This document shows positions 26,764 through 35,732 of a stretch of 43,096 bases of DNA, in pieces; the stretch's first letter is position 1, and each line of letters starts with the position of its first letter. The position numbers and the translations under genes are program-made. The stretch lies in the sequence record SRR20825006_1115; one strand, written 5' to 3'. The notes under the pieces are model-generated. The model was given only the letters and a program-made list of their open reading frames with translations, had not been told where the DNA came from and made no database searches.

Positions 26764-28149
26764 TTATACGGGAGCGCCGGGTTGCGGTACGGAAACACCT
26801 TCGGTTTGGTACTGGTTCAGTTTGTTCCTGAGCGTGCGAATAGAAATGCCAAGAATGTTTGCCGCATGTGTACGGTTGCCAAGGCAATGTTTGAGTGTAT
26901 CGATGATCAGCTCACGCTCAACCTCTGCCACTGTTTTGCCGACAAGGCTTGCCGCTTCCTCGAGGTCACTGGCACCGTCCATCGCGCCAGCCCCTTCGGC
27001 TGAGGGCATTGAGGACGCAGACGCCGCATTCCCGGTGAAGTTCAGGTTGCCGCTGGCGTCCGGCAGCAGGATCGCGCCGGTACCAATGGTGTCACCGCTT
27101 GCGAGCAGAACCGCACGGTGAATGGTGTTCTCCAGCTCCCGCACGTTGCCCTGCCAGTGATGGGCCTGCAGCATTTTCATTGCGTCCGGCGAGATTTCAC
27201 GCTCGTCCACCTGGTTCACTTCCGCGTATTTTTTGGCGAAGTGCGCCGCGATGGCGGCGATATCCGCCGGACGTTCACGCAGGGCAGGGACACGCAGGTT
27301 CACCACGTTCAGGCGGAAGAACAGATCTTCGCGGAAGTTGCCGGATTTCACCTCCTCCTGCAGGTTGCGGTTGGAGGTAGCGATGATGCGAATGTTAACG
27401 TTAACAGGTTTGCCACCACCAACACGGTCGATCTGGCGTTCCTGGATGGCACGCAGAAGCTTGGCCTGCAGACGCACGTCCATCTCCGAGATCTCGTCAA
27501 GGAGCAGAGTGCCGCCATCGGCTTCTTCAAACTTACCGATCCGGCGGGCGACAGCGCCTGTGAAGGCACCTTTTTCGTGGCCGAACAGCTCTGATTCCAA
27601 AAGGTTTTCCGGAATGGCAGCGCAGTTGACCGCAACAAAAGGCTTGTTGGCCCGGCGGCTTTTCTGGTGCACGAACCGCGCCATCACTTCCTTACCGGTA
27701 CCGCTTTCGCCGGTGATCATGATGCTGGCCTCAGAAGGCGCAACCTGTTCCGCAAGCGCGGCAACGTTTTTCATGATCGGGTCGCGGTAGATGAACGCCT
27801 GATTATCTTCCGTGACAGCCTCCAGCACGGCGGCGATAAGCTCGGCATCAGGCGGTAGCGGGATATATTCCTTCGCACCGCCACGGATGGCCGCAGCTGC
27901 AATTTTCGGGTCTGTCCCGATACCGCACGCCACCACAGGGATGGAGAAATGCTCAGCCCGCAGTTTGGGGATAAGCGACGGAATATCGAGGGATATTTCC
28001 ACCATAAGAAGGTCCGCGCCGCGGGTCCTCAGCGTGCCAAGCGCTGTGTCGATATCCGGGGCATGCGTCACCTTTGCACCACGCTCTATCGCTATCTGGC
28101 TCGCGGCGCCCAATTGACCGTCCAGGGTGCCTACTATGAGTAGTCGCAT
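26764..28149 (-). CDS. flbD: Sigma54-dependent flagellar activator FlbD
   Basis: MRLLIVG.L.GQL N-terminus, GESGTGKE, ESELFGHEKGAFTGA, LLDEI and HCLGNRTHAANILGISIRTLRNKL HTH. ATG 28149 with a GGAG RBS. Confidence 0.94.
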   Translation of the reverse strand: MRLLIVGTLDGQLGAASQIAIERGAKVTHAPDIDTALGTLRTRGADLLMVEISLDIPSLIPKLRAEHFSIPVVACGIGTDPKIAAAAIRGGAKEYIPLPPDAELIAAVLEAVTEDNQAFIYRDPIMKNVAALAEQVAPSEASIMITGESGTGKEVMARFVHQKSRRANKPFVAVNCAAIPENLLESELFGHEKGAFTGAVARRIGKFEEADGGTLLLDEISEMDVRLQAKLLRAIQERQIDRVGGGKPVNVNIRIIATSNRNLQEEVKSGNFREDLFFRLNVVNLRVPALRERPADIAAIAAHFAKKYAEVNQVDEREISPDAMKMLQAHHWQGNVRELENTIHRAVLLASGDTIGTGAILLPDASGNLNFTGNAASASSMPSAEGAGAMDGASDLEEAASLVGKTVAEVERELIIDTLKHCLGNRTHAANILGISIRTLRNKLNQYQTEGVSVPQPGAPV

Positions 28150-28203
28150 TGTTTCGTCTCCGTACCATGTCGCTGCCACCGGGCAGCCCATGCGATTTGC
28201 CGA

Positions 28204-28968
28204 TTATTTGAAAAAGGTGATCCTTTTCGACGGCGGCAAAATAGTATTCAGAAGCATCTCAAGCCTGCGCGGGTTTTCTTTGCGCCGGATAGAGCTTGCC
28301 CCCATTGAATAGAGGTTGTTGACCAGTTGTTCTTCGTCTGTGCAGTGCTCTGTTTTTGCGGCTAGCGGGATAAAAACCAGATGCGCGAGCACGGCACCGT
28401 AAAATGTTGTGAGAAGCGCCACAGCCATGGCTGGGCCGATCTCAGCCGGGTTATCCAGATTGCCAAGCATGCGCACAAGGCCGATCAGCGTGCCGATAAG
28501 GCCCATGGCAGGCGCCACGTCACCGGCACGGCGCAGGAAATCAACCGCGCGCATGTGCCGGGAAGAGGCTGTGCTGGCTTCACGGCGCAGGATCTGTTCG
28601 ATCTCGTCCGGTTCAGCACCATCCACCACCAGTTGCATCGCTTGTGCGAGAAAGGGTGTATCTTTCAGTTTTGGCAACAATCGCTCCAGCATTAGAATAT
28701 CGTTGTGTTTGCGGCTTTCGACCGCGATTTTCATCACCTTTATGGCTTCTTCAGCCGGGTCCCGCTGTCCATGGCGCAATAGCTGCCAGATGTTGGCGGG
28801 CAGGGTGAACATCTCCTGCAGGCGGAAGCTGATGGCTGTGACCGCGAAGGTGCCTAGCACGACGATCAGCACACCCTGGCCGTTGATAAATGCCAGCGGC
28901 GAGCCACCTAGCCAGATCGCGCCACCCACCAGCAAAAACGCCAACAGCATCCCAAAAATTGTGCTCAT
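28204..28968 (-). CDS. motA: Flagellar stator protein MotA/PomA
   Basis: LIVVLGT, QLVVDG, APAMGLIGTLIGLV.ML.NL, IGPAMAVALLTTFYG and ENPR. Confidence 0.92.
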   Translation of the reverse strand: MSTIFGMLLAFLLVGGAIWLGGSPLAFINGQGVLIVVLGTFAVTAISFRLQEMFTLPANIWQLLRHGQRDPAEEAIKVMKIAVESRKHNDILMLERLLPKLKDTPFLAQAMQLVVDGAEPDEIEQILRREASTASSRHMRAVDFLRRAGDVAPAMGLIGTLIGLVRMLGNLDNPAEIGPAMAVALLTTFYGAVLAHLVFIPLAAKTEHCTDEEQLVNNLYSMGASSIRRKENPRRLEMLLNTILPPSKRITFFK

Positions 28969-28995
28969 CCCCGCGTGCCCCCTTATTGCCGCCAG

Positions 28996-29358
28996 CTAGT
29001 TGACGCCACCATCAAGCTTGATGATTTCTGTCATGGTTACGCCCAAGTGGTCTTCAACCAGAACCACTTCTCCCCGCGCCACCAAGCGGTTATTCACATA
29101 AATATCAATGGCTTCACCGACCTTGCGGTCCAGCTCGATCACCGCGCCCGGCGCCAGTTTAAGAAGCTGGCTGACCTCAAGCGTGGACTTGCCAAGCACC
29201 GCCTGCACCCGGACTGGAACGTCAAACACCGGCTCAAGCTCCTGGGCTGAACGGACCTGACCATCTTCGCGCGGCGCGAGGTCTGGCGCTTTGGCCGCCC
29301 CGTCAGACAAATTCTGCAGGCCGACATTGTTGCCGTTGTTGTCTTCTTCGTTTGCCAT
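28996..29358 (-). CDS. fliN: Flagellar switch protein FliN
   Basis: FDVPV.V.AVLG, LLKL..GAVIELDRKVGEAIDIYVNNRLVARGEVV. Confidence 0.96.
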   Translation of the reverse strand: MANEEDNNGNNVGLQNLSDGAAKAPDLAPREDGQVRSAQELEPVFDVPVRVQAVLGKSTLEVSQLLKLAPGAVIELDRKVGEAIDIYVNNRLVARGEVVLVEDHLGVTMTEIIKLDGGVN

Positions 29359-29417
29359 TCGTTGTTCCCTTTAATCCCTGAGCCTGTGCTGTGCCGGGCA
29401 CCTAAGCCCGCGCCCGC

Positions 29418-30098
29418 TCACCCCTCAGTCGTATCCTGTGTTGTTGTTTCTGTATCATCTGGCGCTTTGGCAGCATTTAGTGCTTCAACTTCATCAGGCA
29501 TCACAAAGCGCTGAACTGCGTCCTCAATCTGGCGCACGATGGTTGCGTGGTTGCGGTCAGAGCCGCCATCCGGCCATTCCACCTTGCAGTCTTGCATGCC
29601 CATTGTTTCTTCGCCGATCAGTACGATATCGCCGGGGAAACCTGTGGCGGCCTTGAGGTTCTCAATTCGCTCGTTGATGCTGTCGACCAGGTCTTCGCAC
29701 ACCCGCACAACAAGGCGCGGTTCCTTCTGCATGGTGGCGAGGCAGTCTTCAATGAAGGCTTCAATCTCTGCCATCGGGTGCGTGCGGATAAGCGCTGGCG
29801 CCAGTTTGCTTGAGATCGCATATGCCAGTTGCACCATTTCCTGCTTCAACGTGCTTTCAAGCTGGTTGCGCTGTGAAAACAGTGCGCGTGTGGCTTGCTC
29901 AAGCTCGCCCAAAGCATCTTTGGTGGCGGCTTCAATTTCAGACAGGGCTTGACGACGGCCTTCTTCAAGGCCGGTTTGATAGGCTTCGGTTTTGATACGG
30001 TCCGCGTCCAGACGCACGCGGTCCAGTTCCTCGTCAAAACGGCTTTTAGCGCCGCCGTCGAAGGCTGTATCAAATTTGTATTTTACCGGTTCAGCCAT
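29418..30098 (-). CDS. fliH: FliH (FlbE)-like flagellar export protein
   Basis: KYKFDT.FD N-terminus, A...G..EG repeat, EPRLVVRV, DC.VEW.DGG; between fliG and fliN. Confidence 0.88.
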   Translation of the reverse strand: MAEPVKYKFDTAFDGGAKSRFDEELDRVRLDADRIKTEAYQTGLEEGRRQALSEIEAATKDALGELEQATRALFSQRNQLESTLKQEMVQLAYAISSKLAPALIRTHPMAEIEAFIEDCLATMQKEPRLVVRVCEDLVDSINERIENLKAATGFPGDIVLIGEETMGMQDCKVEWPDGGSDRNHATIVRQIEDAVQRFVMPDEVEALNAAKAPDDTETTTQDTTEG

Positions 30099-30115
30099 TT
30101 AAGCGTCTCATGCTC

Positions 30116-31123
30116 CTAGTAAATCAGTTCGTCTTCGCCCTTGTTGTCGGACAGCAGGATCTCACCCGCTTCCGCAAGGTCTTTGGCTTTATTCACCATT
30201 GCCATCTGGGCTTCATCCACGTCACGCAACCGTACAGGGCCCATGGCTTCCATGTCTTCGCGCAGGATTTTGGCCGCACGCTCCGACATGTTTGAGAAGA
30301 ACAGGTCGCGAAGTGTGTCGGACGCGCCTTTCATGGCAAGCGCAAGCTTGTCTTTGTCCACGTTTCTGAGCAGCGTCTGCACACCACTTGGGTCCAGGTT
30401 CGCAAGGTCTTCAAAGGTGAACATCAGCGCGCGAATGCGTTCAGCACTGTCGCGGTTGCGGTCTTCAAGGGCCGCAAGGAAGCGGCTCTCCGCGCTGCGG
30501 TCCAGATAGTTGAAGATTTCCGCAATCGTCTCATGGCTGTCGCGGCGGCTGGTGCGCGCCAGGTTGTTCATAAACTCAACCCGCAGCGTCTGCTCAACCT
30601 TATCGAGGATGTCTTTCTGCACAGCTTCCATACGAAGCATGCGCATGATCACTTCCATCGAGAAATCTTCCGGCAGTACAGCAAGTACACGCGCAGCGTG
30701 CTCAGCCTTGATTTTTTGCAGCACGACAGCAACGGTTTGCGGATATTCGTTCTTGAGGTAACTGGCAAGCACCACCTCGTTCACGTTGCCGAGCTTGTCC
30801 CACATGGTGCGACCAGCGGGCCCGCGAATTTCATCCATGATCTGCTGTACACGGTCGCCGGGCAGCATTTTCTTCAAAAGGCGTTCGGTACTGTCGAACG
30901 AGCCGTTCAGGTTGCCAACGGTTGAGACTTTAGACGCGAACTCAACAAACAGGTCTTCCACATCCAAGGCGTCGATGGCGCCAAGAGTAGACATATGCTG
31001 CGACAGCTCTTTGACTTCATCGTCCGACAGGTTTTCCCATATGGCGCGGCCATGTTCTTCGCCGATGGCGAGCATGAAAGCTGCGGCTTTCTGGGAGCCC
31101 GACATCTTAGTTAAATCTGCCAT
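30116..31123 (-). CDS. fliG: Flagellar rotor/switch protein FliG
   Basis: [53 protein letters not shown]. Confidence 0.97.
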   Translation of the reverse strand: MADLTKMSGSQKAAAFMLAIGEEHGRAIWENLSDDEVKELSQHMSTLGAIDALDVEDLFVEFASKVSTVGNLNGSFDSTERLLKKMLPGDRVQQIMDEIRGPAGRTMWDKLGNVNEVVLASYLKNEYPQTVAVVLQKIKAEHAARVLAVLPEDFSMEVIMRMLRMEAVQKDILDKVEQTLRVEFMNNLARTSRRDSHETIAEIFNYLDRSAESRFLAALEDRNRDSAERIRALMFTFEDLANLDPSGVQTLLRNVDKDKLALAMKGASDTLRDLFFSNMSERAAKILREDMEAMGPVRLRDVDEAQMAMVNKAKDLAEAGEILLSDNKGEDELIY

Positions 31124-31188
31124 TTCCTACCTATGATCTCGTCTTTTCAAACTATGGCGCCCCCAAAGGGCATCCACTGGCTTATCAG

Positions 31189-32913
31189 TTAGTCGGCGTA
31201 GAGCCATGTGCGAACAATCGCGACAGACTCGTCCGGATTTGCACGGATGATATCGGCCACCTTCTTGATGGCGCTTTCCTGAATGCGGCCTTCAACCTGC
31301 GCCACATCAATCTTGGCGTCGGTGCGCATATTGTCTTTTGTCAAAGCGCCGCTCTCACGGGCAAGACGAATGGCGAGCGCTGCATCCTCGTTGCCTGAGG
31401 CGGCCAAGGCCATCAACTCAGGCGTGATGCCACTCTCATTACCACCCCGGCTGGGCCCGGCAATCGCGGGCGTGTCGGCTGTGCGGTCTTCAATCTGGTT
31501 CGGGTCAGGTGGCGGCGGTGCATCCGGGATCGCTTCAATGAGCCGCATCACAAGCGGCCGCACCACCAGAAGGATAACAAGAATCACAGAGACAAACACA
31601 CCACCCTGGGTCAGCACATCAATCAGGTCCTGCTTGTTCAAGCCAAACAGGTTGAAGGCAGTTTCAGCCTCGGTAAGTGGTGCGGGGTCTACAAAGCGCA
31701 TGGACGCGACGGTAACCTGATCGCCCCGGTTCGGGTCATAGGGTATGGTCGTCAATACGAGGCTTTGCAGTTGCTCAATCTCGTCCGCATTCCGTTCCTG
31801 ATAGGCGGTGGTGATACCATTCTCATCAAGTGTACGCTCACCGTCCACCAACACTGAAACCCTGATCTGGGTCACTTCACCGGGCTCCTGAACAATCACG
31901 CGCTCGGTTTTTGAGTTTTCAAAATTGGTGGTTTCCTGCGTTTTTGAGGAGCTGCTGGTTGGGTTAGACGGCCCCGCCGCATTCTCAGGCAGGTTGTTGC
32001 CCATGGTTACCTGGCCACCAACCTGGTCACCATCGGACGATTCTTCTTCAATGATGTTCTGCGACAGGATCACCTGCGTATCCGGGTCGTAGCTTACTTC
32101 GCTTGTGGTGGTCCGGCTCATATCCATCTGGACAGAGACTTCCGCGCGCACACGGCCATCACCCACCCGACGGGCCAGCAGCTGTTCGATCTTGTCACGG
32201 TACAGCCGCTCTTTGGCGAGCCGTGCTTCTTCCATGTTGGAGAAGTTCGCGTTTGCGCCTTGTTCAGCGGCACCGTCCACCAGCAGGCGGCCGCTGGTGT
32301 CTGAAATGGTTACGCGCTCCGGCGAAAGGCCCGGCACGGCGGTAGCTACAAGGGCCTGTATGGCTTGTGCTTCACGGCGGCCTAGGCCTGCACCATTTGT
32401 TCGGATCAGGATGGACGCTGTTGGCTCAGATGCTTCACGCTGGAACGGGCGACGTTCCGGCATCACGATATGCACGCGCGCTTCCGACACAGAGGAGAGG
32501 TATTTGATCGTGCGGGCGACCTCGCCTTCAACTGCGCGTACATAGTTTACGTTCAGCTCAAAGCTTGTACGGCCAAAACCGCTGTCTTGATCGAAAATCT
32601 CTTTGCCCACAACACCGCCGGTGAGCCCTTCGCCAGCGAGGGTCAGGCGAAGACGGTCAACCTGATCACGCGGTACGCGCAACATGCGACCGCTTGCGTC
32701 GGTCTCATACGGGATTTGTTCTGCCTCAAGTCGCTGTACAATGGTGGCGGCGTTTGCGGGGTCCAGGTCCGTATAGAGCACGGTCATGGGGGAGGTTTGC
32801 CATCGCCCGACAATCGTCACAAAAAAGAGCGCGACGAGCGCGCCGACGATACCAATCAACACAAGCCTGCCTGTGCCGAGATTCTTTAAGAATTGCAGAA
32901 GACCGTCCAACAC
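31189..32913 (-). CDS. fliF: Flagellar M-ring protein FliF
   Basis: LY.DL, G.EIFD....FG.TSF, RA.EGE.ARTI, ARVHIV.P, PTAS, AVPGL, RGDQVTV, and C-terminal VR.WL. Confidence 0.96.
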   Translation of the reverse strand: MLDGLLQFLKNLGTGRLVLIGIVGALVALFFVTIVGRWQTSPMTVLYTDLDPANAATIVQRLEAEQIPYETDASGRMLRVPRDQVDRLRLTLAGEGLTGGVVGKEIFDQDSGFGRTSFELNVNYVRAVEGEVARTIKYLSSVSEARVHIVMPERRPFQREASEPTASILIRTNGAGLGRREAQAIQALVATAVPGLSPERVTISDTSGRLLVDGAAEQGANANFSNMEEARLAKERLYRDKIEQLLARRVGDGRVRAEVSVQMDMSRTTTSEVSYDPDTQVILSQNIIEEESSDGDQVGGQVTMGNNLPENAAGPSNPTSSSSKTQETTNFENSKTERVIVQEPGEVTQIRVSVLVDGERTLDENGITTAYQERNADEIEQLQSLVLTTIPYDPNRGDQVTVASMRFVDPAPLTEAETAFNLFGLNKQDLIDVLTQGGVFVSVILVILLVVRPLVMRLIEAIPDAPPPPDPNQIEDRTADTPAIAGPSRGGNESGITPELMALAASGNEDAALAIRLARESGALTKDNMRTDAKIDVAQVEGRIQESAIKKVADIIRANPDESVAIVRTWLYAD

Positions 32914-32995
32914 CCACCTCGGTAGAATATCCGCCTAAAATAATCCCCGGGCACAATCATGCCCGCGGAGCCCAACCCCAATTTAATCCGTCACG

Positions 32996-33011
32996 GTAAA
33001 CAGATAGTTAA
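32996..33011 (-). promoter_or_regulatory. Probable CtrA site of the fliF (class II) promoter
   Basis: Minus strand TTAA-CTATCTG-TTTAC, one mismatch to TTAA-N7-TTAAC, about 85 nt upstream of fliF. Confidence 0.65.
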
Positions 33012-33014
33012 ATC

Positions 33015-33031
33015 TAGGCAAATTTTGCCTA
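33015..33031. promoter_or_regulatory. ftr-like (FlbD-binding) palindrome at the fliF promoter
   Basis: TAGGCAAA-T-TTTGCCTA, a perfect palindrome with a GGC-N7-GCC core, 3 nt from the CtrA site. Confidence 0.6.
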
Positions 33032-33098
33032 TAAATGTAAAGGAAAATTTTTATGACGTAACGCAAGGCAAAGCTTGACGTACTGGTGGGCGTGGGTT

Positions 33099-33380
33099 TC
33101 AGGCAGATCTGGCGTCGCGATATTTCTGGATACGAGTGGTTCTAAGGCCGGGCAAACCGTTCTTGTTGATAGCTTCCTGCCATGAAAGGAACTCTTCCAC
33201 GGTTAGAGAATAGCGCTTGCATGCATCTTCAAGGCTCAAAAGTCCGCCCTGCACAGCAGCGACAACTTCGGCCTTGCGCCGGATCACCCAGCGCTGTGTG
33301 TTGGTGCTTGGCAAATCGGCGAGCGTCAGGGGCTTGCCGGTTGGCCCGATGATTAGGTTTTTTGCGTCTGACCGTGCCAT
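33099..33380 (-). CDS. sciP: CtrA inhibitor SciP (DUF1153)
   Basis: IGP.G.PLT.ADLP..T.RWVIRRKAEVVAAV.GGLLSLE.AC.RY.LTVEEFLSWQ...GL.GLRTTRIQ.YR. ATG 33380. Confidence 0.96.
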   Translation of the reverse strand: MARSDAKNLIIGPTGKPLTLADLPSTNTQRWVIRRKAEVVAAVQGGLLSLEDACKRYSLTVEEFLSWQEAINKNGLPGLRTTRIQKYRDARSA

Positions 33381-33430
33381 TCTCTGATACTCACAATTGG
33401 TTGGCAGTCGTGAGTATAGAAACGCTTCGT

Positions 33431-33470
33431 TTAAAAAAGACCTAATGCTCAGGGTTAAATTTTCATTAAC
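33431..33470. promoter_or_regulatory. Tandem CtrA boxes upstream of sciP
   Basis: Perfect TTAA-ATTTTCA-TTAAC at 33455-33470 and TTAA-AAAAGAC-CTAA at 33431-33445. Confidence 0.8.
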
Positions 33471-33485
33471 CTTTACCCCCAATGC

Positions 33486-33514
33486 AAAACCGGACAGCCA
33501 TAGGGCTGCCCGGT
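33486..33514 (-). terminator. Probable terminator after flgE
   Basis: Minus strand ACCGGGCAGCC-CTAT-GGCTGTCCGGT followed by TTT. Confidence 0.65.
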
Positions 33515-33553
33515 CAGTGCAAAAGAGATTTTAGCCAGCTTTGGCTTGGACTA

Positions 33554-34921
33554 TTAGAGCCTTGTCAGTTCCTCGAGAATCTGATCAGAGGTCGTGATAA
33601 TCCGTGTTGAAGCCGAGAAAGCGCGCTGCACTTTAATCAGTTCAGCAAACTCGCTGGCGAGGTCAACCGTGGACTGCTCCAGCGAGTTTGGCGATACAGT
33701 ACCCGCACCACTGTCGCCTGGCTCTTGCAGGTTCACGTCACCAGAGAGGTCAGACGCACCAAAAGCATTGCCTTGGCGGCGAGCGAGCCCATCCGGGTTT
33801 TGGAACACAGCAATCGGCAGTTTGTATACCGGCAGTGTCAGGTCGTTATCGAAAAGCGCGGTTACTACCCCGTTTTCGCCGATGGAGACGCCGGTAATGT
33901 TACCGAAAGCCGCACCGTCCACACTATAGTTCAGACGTGAGGACGACGTTGTGGATTGCACAAAACCGTTCTTGAAACCGTCATCACCAAAGTCGAACGA
34001 GATAGAGCCTGGGTCTACTTCCACACCGCCGCCAGTCGCATAGGTGATAGGAATTGACCCGCCCGGGAATGTAATGGGAGTTGAAGTATCACCAACATTC
34101 ATCGTGGTTGCAGCTGCATCGATGATGCTCTCAAGGTCGATAGAGCCATCTGTGTTGAACTGCAGAACACCGTTTGCGATGATGCCGTCCGGGTGTGCAG
34201 TACCGTCAACCGCCGTTGCGTCATCGAAATAGATTTCGTAGTTCCAGGCGTTGTCGCCTGTGTGAACGGCACCGATGTTCACCACGTGGCTACGGCCCTG
34301 GCTATCGAAAATCTCGACGTTAGTTTCAAAGTCCGGCGTTACGGAGCCGTCAGCAAGTGTGCCTAGGGTGTATGCCGAAACCGGTGTGTCGGTATCAAGG
34401 TTTACCCGAAGGGATACTTCGTTGGTTGCTGCACCAAGGCCGTTCAAGTTGTTGATGTTGATCGGGCTCAACTCACTTGTTTGGTTTTTGTTGGTGGTAA
34501 TTGCACCGGTCGAATCTACTGGCCAGCCCAGGAGATAGTGGCCTGCGGTGTTCTTGAAGAACCCTTCGGCGTCCTGGGTGAATGCACCTGCGCGAGTGTA
34601 GAGAAGCTCGCCTGAAGCGTCTTCTGCCCGTGCGCCGTCGCGTACCACAAAGAAGCCTGCGCCATCGATCGAGAGGTCAGTTGCGGAGCCGGAAGGCTGC
34701 AACAGACCCTGTTTCGAGACAAGCGTTTCAGAGAACGCGCGCACGCCGCCCGGTGAATAGGACGAAAGGGATGCTGTTTCAGTTACAAGGGTAGAAAAGC
34801 GCGAACGCGTTTCTTTGTAACCAATTGTGTTTACGTTTGTAATGTTATCGGCGATTACGCCTACACCGTCGGTGAAGGCTTGAAGCCCCGATACACCTGC
34901 TGCCAGAGCAGTGAATGCCAT
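33554..34921 (-). CDS. flgE: Flagellar hook protein FlgE
   Basis: GVSGL...IADNI.NVNTIGYK, TDL.IDG.GFFVV, YTRAG.F, IFDSQG..H, LEQSTVDLA.EF..LI..QRAF.A. Confidence 0.96.
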   Translation of the reverse strand: MAFTALAAGVSGLQAFTDGVGVIADNITNVNTIGYKETRSRFSTLVTETASLSSYSPGGVRAFSETLVSKQGLLQPSGSATDLSIDGAGFFVVRDGARAEDASGELLYTRAGAFTQDAEGFFKNTAGHYLLGWPVDSTGAITTNKNQTSELSPININNLNGLGAATNEVSLRVNLDTDTPVSAYTLGTLADGSVTPDFETNVEIFDSQGRSHVVNIGAVHTGDNAWNYEIYFDDATAVDGTAHPDGIIANGVLQFNTDGSIDLESIIDAAATTMNVGDTSTPITFPGGSIPITYATGGGVEVDPGSISFDFGDDGFKNGFVQSTTSSSRLNYSVDGAAFGNITGVSIGENGVVTALFDNDLTLPVYKLPIAVFQNPDGLARRQGNAFGASDLSGDVNLQEPGDSGAGTVSPNSLEQSTVDLASEFAELIKVQRAFSASTRIITTSDQILEELTRL

Positions 34922-35040
34922 TTTACTTCTCCTATACTCTCTTTTGCGTTTTCACTGGCTTTGGGCTTTCTGCTCTTGTCCAGCCAACGAGCTTGCTGGT
35001 TGGACACGCTGGGCACTTCGGTCCAGCGTAGTTTCGGCTT

Positions 35041-35709
35041 TTACTCACTGAAAAGCTGAATAATTTCGTTTTGCGACACGAGGTTCGGGCCAACAACAAA
35101 GACGGCCTCAGTGCCTGTCAGGTCAACCGACTGAACGCGGGAGCGTACAGCGATGCCTGTTTCAAGTTTCTGTCCACCGGCGTCCTCTGCAGCAATCTTG
35201 AGGGTATATTCGCCAGCTGGGGCAAATTCGCCGTTTTCAAGCTTACCGTCCCACTGGAAGTCATGGACGCCCGCGGCTTTCTCGCCGTCACTCGTGTGGA
35301 CCACATCACCCTGATCGTTGCGGATCTCAAACGTCAGCTTTTCTGCAGCGGTTTCATTATGGTACCGCCACATAATGCCGTTTGTGCCGTCATGTTCACC
35401 ATTCGGGCGCGGCACCAGTGCGTCCTTGCCCAGATAGCTTGCCAGCGAGCTTTGGTTGCTCATCATGGTCAATGCGGCCAAGGTCTCAAGATTCTGGTTG
35501 GTTTTGATCTGCTGCTCCACACCGGAGAACTGCACCAACTGTTGTGTGAACTGGTTGCTGTCCATAGGGTCCATAGGGTCCTGGTGTTGCAACTGTGTGG
35601 TCAACAACACGAGAAAGTCGTCAAAATCATTTGCCAAAGACGCAGCGGACCTGTCGCCCGCCGTCTGGTAGGTTTGGCTTGAGCTTGTTGCTGAAACGCC
35701 ATCAACCAT
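35041..35709 (-). CDS. flgD: Hook-capping protein FlgD
   Basis: FL.LL.TQLQ.QDP.DPMDS.QFTQQLVQFS.VEQ and F.WDG...G.Y. Confidence 0.95.
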   Translation of the reverse strand: MVDGVSATSSSQTYQTAGDRSAASLANDFDDFLVLLTTQLQHQDPMDPMDSNQFTQQLVQFSGVEQQIKTNQNLETLAALTMMSNQSSLASYLGKDALVPRPNGEHDGTNGIMWRYHNETAAEKLTFEIRNDQGDVVHTSDGEKAAGVHDFQWDGKLENGEFAPAGEYTLKIAAEDAGGQKLETGIAVRSRVQSVDLTGTEAVFVVGPNLVSQNEIIQLFSE

Positions 35710-35732
35710 TTTCTCTATACCTTCTCGCTTAC

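Noticed and set aside
33381-33482. N-terminal extensions from the ORF track for sciP, and likewise fliI (16052), flbD (28191), alkB (41583), the TetR gene (41624) and the BVMO (6443)
   Set aside because: The extensions run through promoter or operator DNA. Family homology starts at the downstream codons, most of which also have a plausible RBS.
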